Assembly (NCBI RefSeq): GCF_006345805.1
Contig: NC_043004.1
Coordinates: 64,170,001 to 64,234,000 of the forward strand
Direction: 5' to 3'
Origin: Octopus sinensis
Lineage: Eukaryota
Length of the DNA stretch: 64,000 nucleotides
The position numbers were made by a program, and so were the translations under genes. This document shows, piece after piece, positions 55,512 to 64,000 of this stretch; within the stretch, counting starts at the first letter, position 1; each line of letters opens with the position of its first letter. The notes under the pieces are model-generated. The model had not been told where the DNA came from. It was given only the letters and a program-made list of their open reading frames with translations, and made no database searches.

Positions 55512-56094
55512 GTATATTTATATTTGTACCCACTATCTATATCATTTGTTTGTTTTCGTCACCACTATTTACTTTGGTCCGCTTATTCCTAGCAGCATTT
55601 TGCCGTTGGTGCCACCAAAATGAACGATACGTTAAATGTGTTAAATTGATTGAATTTTTGAACGATAACTGTAGAGGAAAGAACATGTCCACGTCTTGTG
55701 TTTGAATTTTCCGTCTGTTCCTTTGGTCGTATCTTTCTGTGCGATTTTTAAGCCTTAAACAATGACTAATTCCATTGAATTGTTTTATGTTATGTGTGTG
55801 ACGCCATTGTCCTGTTTTTGTCCTCAACTTTGACACTCCATAAATCACAAATTTTATTTTGGTACTTATGGGAGCAACGGTCTTTGAAGACTTATATTGT
55901 CGTTCGATGCTCGAAATAAGGAGTAGATAGACAGCCGACAACTGATGAAGGGTCGTTCTTTATGTTACTCGTACTGTTTCCCATTTGCTTCTCTCGTTGT
56001 TTGCGTATTGAACACATTCGTTTTCGTATTTCATGTTGTTTACTATTGGTGATGTCCTGTACCTATGTATGCATGCATGCGTGTGTGTGTGTGT

Positions 56095-56135
<41 letters not shown>

Positions 56136-56416
56136 GAATAGTGCAGTTCCAGAGAAGTATTGTGCGATATTAGATTAAAAGAAGAAAAAAAAAACTTCAG
56201 AATGAATCAATACCAAAATGACATACAAAAGTGAAAACGGAACTACAGCAGAAATATTATGATGTCTGTGTGTGATTTAAATTGCATGACTAGCAACCAT
56301 TATTTAGAATTCTGTATGTACTCTTATATATCAAACGAGAAAACTGAGAAGAGAACTCGTATTTTAAGTCCAAGATTCCTTTCACTAGTCTCCATCGATA
56401 GAAAGAACACAGAGGT

Positions 56417-56496
<80 letters not shown>

Positions 56497-56546
56497 ATTA
56501 GATAGATAGGTAGGTAGATAGACAGATAGATAGATAGATAGATAGT

Positions 56547-56593
<47 letters not shown>

Positions 56594-56683
56594 GTAGGTA
56601 GGTAGGTAGGTAGGTAGGTAGGTAGGTAGGTAGGTAGGTAGGTAGGTAGGTAGGTAGATAGGTAGGTAGGAGGGTAGGTAGGT

Positions 56684-58600
56684 AGGTAGTCCAGGAGGCT
56701 CCAGTGAATTGAGAAATTCAGGAGGATAGTTCACAACTTCATTTATATCTGGAATTGTATCAACAGACTTGTAAGTGTGTATAGTGCCGGGAAGAGAATG
56801 CATTAGCTGTTGATAAATGTTGTTAACAGCGACGTTTTTTGGAGCTAATATTGCTCTTTCACACAGCCAATTGTGATTTTGGTAGTTTTGTGTGAAGTTG
56901 GGAAAGACTTTGTTTTTGAGGTCATCTACAGAATTAACAACAGAGGAAAATGACCACACTTCCATTTGTCCTGCAGCATCGAGAGGCATCTTGCCTTCAC
57001 AAAGTGTCAAAATGTCCTGTGCAAACTTTGTGGACATTTTGTCGCCGTGTAGCTGAGCTCTCATGTTAGTGGTGAGACTGAGGATTGTAACATGATGCCA
57101 CAGGTAGAGGACTTTAGGCATGCTTAGACTTCATCTGCTCTAGTGCCTTTCGGAATGACAGGAAGAGTTTGCCTGAAATCACCTGACAACAGAAGCGTTA
57201 CACCTCCCATTGGAGCCTGACAGTCTCGGATGTCTTTCAGGGCTCTATCTAATGCTTCCAAAGCTCCCTTGTGAGCCATAGTGCACTCATCCCAGACAAT
57301 TAGTTGACACATTTTAAGTACTTGTCCCTGATCTGAGCTTTTGTTGATGTTGCATGAAGGCATTTCGGATGCTGCTAAATTGAGAGGGAGTTTAAAAGTT
57401 GAGTGTGCTGTCATGCCACCGGGTAACAAAGTAGCTGCAATGTCCTGATGCTGCCTAACTTCTGCAAGGAGAAGCTTTGTAATAAATGTTTTTCCTGTCC
57501 CTCCAGGAGCATCGAGGAAAAAGATTCGTCCCTCGCGTTGGCGTACACTGTTAAGAATAGTTCTGTAGGCCTGCAGCTGGTCCGGAAGTAATTTAGGCAC
57601 ATTTTCAACAATGTACTTTGAAAGCGCTTGAGTGTCAGCAGTGGGAAGGCTATTTGACCCTGACCTAAATGCTTGTGGCAGGCCATACGTCGACAATTCA
57701 TTTCCACCCAGTTTAGCAATTCTGTCTTCAATGTCAATGAGTGTTTTGTTATAGATTTCATTGCTGATACCCTCCATGTCAGGATAGAGCAGTTGAGCTT
57801 GGCGCTGAAAGTCTTCAGCCAGGTTGTCTCTATATCTGAGCCATAGAGTGGCTGGATCACACAGTTCGCATGCCTGTAGTAATACTGCAAATAGTGCCCT
57901 GAGAGTTTTAGGTGATTGTGATAAAGCAGCCTCTCCTAAAGTTGCATCTCATTGTGCACCATGTTCTAACAGACCTTGTCGATAGCAAGCTTCTCTGTAT
58001 GTTGTGCAGACATGTCCATGAACGGTTTTTAGGGCCTGGAAAGACTTGATGGATTTAACGGAGTTGCAAAACTTAACGTTGATGTGGGCATTGAAAGTCT
58101 TTGACAGGAGTGGGCAGTATGGAACAATCCATCTATTATTAATATCATGCTGTCCGATAGTTGCTGTGAAACCTCCTCTTCTGGTTTTCTGCGTCTGTAT
58201 GATGGATACCCATCAGCACCTGTCTGAGTTTCTTGTAGAAACCTCCTTGGAAATCTTTTTGAACATATGCTGTCCTTCAAGCATGGTGAGTTTATGTTGA
58301 ATCCACGTCCACATGGACCATGTACCATGTTTGCTTTAACTATTTCGTATAGCTCTTTGTCTGAAGCTGGATCAGGAAGCTCTGCAGAGATTATGTTGTT
58401 GATGTCATTGGAATTGATCTTCGCTGAGAGCCAAAGCAGGATATTTGAATGTGGAAGGCCCCTTTTTTGCCACTCGATTGTGTACATGTCACATAGTATG
58501 GGCCCAAAGACTTGCCCTTTTTGTATGAACTCCATGAGAGAGATTAACTCCAGATGGAAAACTCGGGCGTTGAGATTCCGGTTCGAATGTAAGGCAGGTT
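56684..58600 (-). pseudogene. Helitron RepHel relic (Rep motifs plus PIF1-family helicase)
   Basis: ARVF, EWQKRGLPH, MVHGPCG, CSKRFP, DGYPSYRRR, NRWIVPYCPLL..FNAHINV; then DAPGGTGKT, TAHSTFKLP, IVWDECTM, GDFRQTLPV, LTTNMR, ERAILAPKN and [15 protein letters not shown]. Frameshift at about 58176; stops at 57949-57951 and 57124-57126. Confidence 0.95.
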
Positions 58601-58689
58601 TGAAAGTGTTCCCAACAGTTATTAGTTGTAGTGGTAGAGTGTTTATGCCGAATATGTACGTATGCAAGTATATATATATATGTATGTAT

Positions 58690-58840
58690 GCCTGTATATA
58701 TGTACAAAATCCACTGAGAAGGCTTTTGTTGGTCTGAGGCTACAGCAGAAGATACATGCCAAGTCACCACACAGTGGGACTGAACCCAGGACCATGTGTT
58801 TGGAACGTAGTTTGTTACCATACAACCACACCTGCCCCTA
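58690..58840 (-). mobile_element. SINE family A 5' part within the Helitron span
   Basis: AATCCACTGAGAAGGCTTT..CCAAGTCACCACACAGTGGGACTGAACCCAGGACCATGTG. Confidence 0.8.
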
Positions 58841-59019
58841 TGTATGTGTGTGTGCGTGTGCGTATGTGTGTATGGGTAGACATATTATGCATGTATATAT
58901 GTGTATATATATGTGTACATATTACATGTACATCTATATATATATACATCTACACATAAAATACAAAATACAAAGTTATATCTTGATATCGCTAGTGATA
59001 ACAATACTCAAAATATATA

Positions 59020-59150
59020 ACAGACTGGAATTGTAGGCCTGTCTCTTGCAATTTCGATCAATTGGATCTTGTCCTCCCTCTTGTATAGAAGTGTACGGCT
59101 GCAGCGAAATTCCTTTTTGGACAGCTGCAGCGAAATTCATTTTTGGACTT
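59020..59150 (-). pseudogene. Possible Helitron N-terminal remnant with a 26-bp tandem duplication (59098-59149)
   Basis: QKGISLQPY..DPIDRNCKRQAYNSSL resembles the CC..GK..LP..F...IR.YNS.. region. Orientation and position fit between the 5' end and Rep. Confidence 0.35.
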
Positions 59151-59619
59151 TCTTCTATCGAAGGCATTTTAACAAAAATGCTTCCGTAAAGACGGTGAAA
59201 ATATTGTCAATTGCCCCAAACAGGGACACAATTCAATTTTTAAACAATAACCAAAGCCCCTTCTCCGAAAGGGGGAGGGTTACGGTTTACAATTATTTAA
59301 CAAATGCAACTCAACAACGTTTCCCTGACGAGGAACCAACAAACGTGATTACAATAGTCAAACAGTAATAATAATAACAACAAACCTTTTTAATTTATCC
59401 CCATTTATGTGAAACCACTTATTGAAGTTCAAGTCATTGATGCAATTTTATACGAATTGCTAATATACACACACACACACACATAAGGGTGAAAAATTGA
59501 ATATTAATTTGATTAATATGAATTGAAAACCAGTGGTGTAGCATATAAGACCATAGCGGATCTTCTTCTAGCAAAATGGATGACCATTGTTAATGGTTCA
59601 TCCCTGTTATATAATACTT

Positions 59620-59914
59620 TCACTTTAATAGTTTCAGTATTAAAGTGAAAGTGTCTGCATAACAAAAGAGAGATGTTTTTGTTTCACTTTTAACACGTAA
59701 TACTGAAATAGTGGAGAAGATATGATATTGCTGTGGGGTCGCCCTAGGGAAAAAGTTAAGAATTTTTTGCCGATGACACTCCCCGGACCTTAAGTAAGGC
59801 ATGTGTAAAATTTGAATGAAATTGGTTGTGTAGTTCTCAAGTTTTAGGGAAACACACAGACAGACAGACAGAAAGACTGACAGACACACATTCTCAGTTT
59901 TATATATAGAGAGA
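59620..59914 (-). mobile_element. Helitron 5' terminus
   Basis: Minus strand A|TCTCTCTATATATAAAACTGAG-(TGTC)n-CTAAAACTTGAGAACTACACAACCAATTT: a 5' TC after A, a TA-rich start and a short microsatellite, as I recall for Lep1-type Helitron ends. Same strand as, and upstream of, the RepHel relic. Confidence 0.7.
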
Positions 59915-60135
59915 TTGGCCATTTTCGATGGGTGTGCAGCCGACGCCTAGCACACCCGGAATATACGCTCCTGATAGGTAGGTAGGTAGGTAGGTATGTA
60001 GGTAGGTAGGTAGGTAGGTAGGTAGGTAGGTAGGTAGGTAGGTAGCAAGCAGTGACGCATGGTTGGTGTTGTGTTGGTTTTGCTGTCACACCCAATGGCA
60101 CAAAATTTCATAGATAGATAGACAGACATACAAAA

Positions 60136-60168
<33 letters not shown>

Positions 60169-60169
60169 C

Positions 60170-60236
<67 letters not shown>

Positions 60237-60925
60237 ATATCTATGTATCGTCTGTCTATGCGTGTGTGTATGTCTGTAAACGAAAGAACACTATCCACAT
60301 CATCCAACATTTTTTTTCTGTTTGTTTCTTTCTTATGTACAATGAAAGCAAAATAAAACCAGTTGTAAATCGTCTACGCTTTTTAACGTAATTATTCTAC
60401 CACCAGAACAGAAAGAGTCATTCTCAAACCGGAAGAGATCTGCCGATCCCTCTTCATTCTTACTGTCTCACACATCCATCCCCACCCGACCCACACCACT
60501 ATTCCATCCCAAAGCTTTTTTTTTTTTTGCGGAATCCCTTTCAGATGTTCCAGCTGCAAAGAATGTATAAACAGTAGCGAAATGGTAGATTTCCTTACAT
60601 TTCACTCTTTTGCTTAGCAATTAGTTCTTGCAACTTTGGAATATTTTTTCGGGATTGTTTTACACGTAGTAATAGGCGCAGGCATCACTGTGTTTCAGAA
60701 GCGAGCTCCGACACCGTCTGCCAAGTTTCTGTTGAAGTTAACATGCAGTTTAGTGTCGTCAAAAAAAAAAAGAAAAGTAAAGTGAAAGTAATTTGCACTT
60801 TTAAAAACTTTGAAGAAAATTGTGCTTTAAAAAAAAAATTAATGTAAATTAAGATAGAAAGCGGAAGTGACGAAATGGTCCCTTACCTACACGAACATTG
60901 AATTATTACTGGTAGAGTCAAATAG

Positions 60926-61210
60926 TGGAGGCGCAATGGCCAAGTGGACTCGCGGTTTCGATTCCCAGACCTGGCGTTGTGTGTGTTTATTGAGCGAAAA
61001 CAACTAAAGCTCCACGAGGCTCTGGCAGGGGGTGGTGGCGACCCCTGTTGTACTCTTTTGACCCAACTTTTTCTCACTCTTTCTTCCTGTTTCTTGAGTA
61101 TCACTGCGACGGACTGGTGTCCCGTCCAGCTGGGGGAAACACATACGCCACAGACGCCGGGAAACCGGGCCCATGAGCCTGGCTAGGCTTGAAAAGGGCT
61201 CATAAATAAA
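60926..61210 (+). mobile_element. SINE family B
   Basis: Perfect 12-bp TSD AGAGTCAAATAG (60914-60925 and 61211-61222). Deletion in the head. Confidence 0.93.
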
Positions 61211-61504
61211 AGAGTCAAATAGGTGTTCTGAAAACAGAAATTGACCTGTAGAATCTGAGTGATTCCACAAGAACAACGCCAAATTTTTTTGGCTACTGTT
61301 ACAGATTTGGAAATTTTAGAATTAAGTGAAAATTTTCATATTTGATATATTGACGTAAATTTCCATGCTAAATCCGAACTTGACATTCGTATATTCCAGA
61401 AAAAATTTTGCTTTGTCACAAAATTATTCGGTGGTGGAAGAACCGCAGTTGCGACCGTACAGCGACTTCATTACAATAAAAACTGGACACACTACAACAT
61501 TGCT

Positions 61505-61890
61505 TCTATTATAGATGTGCATTGGTAGAGCAGCGGACAAAATAGCTTGCAGCACATTTTTCGGTTTCTTAGGTTTCGAGTTCAAATCCTGTTGAGGTCA
61601 ACTTTACTTTTCGTCCTTTGGATGCCGATAAAATAAAATACAAGTTGAGTATAAAGGTCGATGTAATTGGCTTTCCCCTTCCCCTCAAAATTGTTAACAT
61701 TGTACCAAACTATAAAAAGAAATTTTTACAACAAAGTACTTACTGGTATTTCTTCTGATTTTACGTTCAAATATCACCGAGGTTGACTTTGTTTTTCATC
61801 GTACGGATTCGATAAAATAAGTACCAGTTGAACAATGGGGTCGATGTAATCGACTAACCCTCTCCCCAAAATTTCAGAACTTGTGCCAAT
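61505..61890 (+). mobile_element. Two degenerate family D copies
   Basis: TTCAAAT..GAGGT..ACTTT and CGATAAAATAA..GGTCGATGTAAT motifs at about 61575-61670 and 61760-61855. Confidence 0.7.
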
Positions 61891-62095
61891 ATCATAACTA
61901 CTGCGTGGCTCTGTGATTAAGAATCTCTTTTTGCAACCACGTGATTTTCAGGTTCTGTGTATCCCGCCGCCCCTGCACTTCACACTGGGCTTGTGACCCC
62001 TGCAGTAGCCCCGCTGCAACTAATGCCTTTTGTATGAGTTTGGTAGAAACTGTACGGAAGCCTATCGTATAAATATGTGCGCTAGCCACTAACTT

Positions 62096-62170
62096 TTTTA
62101 TTTTCTCTCCCTGTTTATTTCTGTGTTCCTTTCTGTCGAAGAGCGTAGGCTCGAAACGTAAAAGACTTTT
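62096..62170 (+). ncRNA. Dispersed repeat carrying a hammerhead-like motif (copy 3)
   Basis: 62129-62164: CTTT-CTGTCGA-A-GAGC-GTAG-GCTC-GAAAC-GTA-AAAG. Confidence 0.5.
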
Positions 62171-62399
62171 GGTTTAAAATAGACGATGAGCGATGGTTAG
62201 AAGAATATTGAGGTTTATTTGATAACCAGTTGATCTAGCAAGCGGGGCCTCATATCAGTAAGGGGTCGGTGCCCACTGATGCCGTTGAGAGGTAGGCCCT
62301 GAAACGGCGAGCATTCTCTCCGGATTACCCCATACACTTGCTGGCTTCCGGTATGCGGAGTTCTCGACTAGTAGCACTTGCATGCGCAAGTTGTTTGCA

Positions 62400-62748
62400 A
62401 ACCATCCGACCCCCATCCCACTCGCAACAGCTTAGCAACTACAAGCATTTCGGCAAAAGTGACCGTTGTTATAAGTACCTGTCTTACAGAAGAATAAATA
62501 TTGGGTTGATTTTTTTCTACTGAAACCCTTCAAGGCAGTGCCCCAGAATGGCCGCACTCCAATGATTGATACAAATAAAAGCTAAAACATAAACAGACGT
62601 GGCTGTGTGATAAGAAGCTTGCTTCCCAACCACATGGTTCCGGGTTGTCACATTGCGTGGCACCATTGGCAAGTGTCTTCTACTATAACCTCAGGGCGAC
62701 CAAAACCTTGTAAGTGGATTTCGTCCACGGAAACTGAAAGAAGCCCGT

Positions 62749-62810
<62 letters not shown>

Positions 62811-63045
62811 GTGTGTGTGTGTGTGTGTGTGTGTCTTTGTGCATGTGTTTATCTCCCATCACCGCTTGACAATCGGTGTCGGGGCGTTTACATACCCGTA
62901 ACTTAACAGTTCGGTAAAAGGAATCGATAGAATAAATAACATGCTTTAAAAAAACAATACTGATGTAGATTCATTCGACTGTAAAAATCTTCCATGCGGT
63001 GCCCCAGCATGGCCGCAGTCTAATCACTGAAACAAGTAAAGGGTG
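62400..63045 (+). mobile_element. Family A SINEs: a 3' piece (about 62400-62585) followed by a full copy (62595-63045)
   Basis: Family A head, core and tail motifs. Confidence 0.85.
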
Positions 63046-63604
63046 ATGAAAAGAAGTTTCTCTTACCATCCCTCACCTAAAACTACTACTACTACTACTG
63101 CGTGTAGTGAGTGTTACGCTCTTTCCCTTGCATGTAACAACTACAACCAACTATATTGTTTACAAAAACTCTCTCCAAAAGCCTCTCCTTCCAGGAAATA
63201 AGAATCGCATTACACTTTCCTTCAGTGCCTGACAAATGTGTCAGATTTTTTACATATAAAACTCCTATCCTGTCTCTGCCTCCCACTAGTTCTCCGTCTC
63301 TCCTTTCTCCCTATCTCTCCCACCCCTTCACTATCTACTGTCTTCATTTTTTCTTTTTTTCTCCCCTCGTTCTTCGGCTCTCTTTTTTCTTTTCACCAAT
63401 CTTTCTCTTTGCTGATGCTGCGAATGTACTGCAACGTTTCCTGTCTCTTAAACACGCTCGTCAGTTTAATGAATTCGCTTATCTGCCGTCTGTTAGACAT
63501 TAGACTAAAAACTTTTGTTATTTGGTACAAGCCACCTATCAAAATAAAAGAAAAATGATGTTTCTATACAACAGAGAGAACATTTAGAAATGTGCCAACT
63601 GGTG

Positions 63605-64000
63605 CAAACAGGAAAATATAACTCAAAGCGTGTTTTTCGTCCGTCTTTTCGTTCTAAGTTCAAATACCGCCGAGATCGACTTTGCCTTCCATCCTTTCGG
63701 GGTCGATAAAATAAGCACCAGTCGTTACAGGGGTTGATGTAATCGACTAAACCACTTGTTTGAAATTGCTGACTCTGTGCCAAAGTTTGAAACCAATAAT
63801 AATAATAATAATAATAATAACAAACCTTTCTACTCTAGGCACAAGGCCTGAAATTTGGGGTATCGACCGCAGTATGCAACTGTTACTTAATTTATCGACC
63901 ACGAAAGGATGAAAGGCAAAGTCGACCTCGGTGGAATTTGAACTCAGAACGTAAAGACAGACGCCCGGTGTGCTAACGTTTCTGCCAGCTCGCCGCCTTA
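63605..64000. mobile_element. Convergent pair of family D SINEs (plus strand about 63605-63800; minus strand about 63826-64000)
   Basis: Both carry GTTC.AAGTTCAAAT..GTCGACTTTGCCTT.CATCCTTTCG in opposite orientations, separated by (AAT)n. Confidence 0.85.

Noticed and set aside
59325-59350. CTGACGA-GG-AA-CC motif
   Set aside because: No stem I and no G before AAAC.
62170-62488. Solo LTR bounded by TG..CA on the minus strand
   Set aside because: No TSD, and the apparent TGTAAGAC start lies inside a family A SINE tail.

Overview
This is eukaryotic, AT-rich, non-coding DNA with a very high microsatellite load. The repeat families resemble those I recall from octopus (coleoid cephalopod) genomes; that assignment is inference, not a database result. 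I find no intact, recognisable host gene, rRNA, true tRNA or CRISPR array. Most ORFs in the supplied track are translations of (CA)n, (TA)n, (TATC)n, (TACA)n or trinucleotide repeats. The window is a layered transposon graveyard. It holds dozens of tRNA-headed SINE copies (my labels A-D) that swap head and tail modules, and four non-autonomous DNA elements (Tigger-like, two hAT-like, one with 91-bp TIRs). It also holds decayed coding relics of HERO-like and CRE-like RLE retrotransposons, RTE, a CR1/L2/Jockey-type RT, a Chapaev-like transposase, and a deleted Helitron that keeps its 5' end. The best leads are: (1) a three-copy dispersed repeat that folds as a minimal, dimer-type hammerhead ribozyme with a non-canonical core; (2) a 116/117-bp inverted repeat abutting a 29-bp hairpin; (3) a 203-aa MGCCSS-starting ORF antisense to a dead RLE domain.
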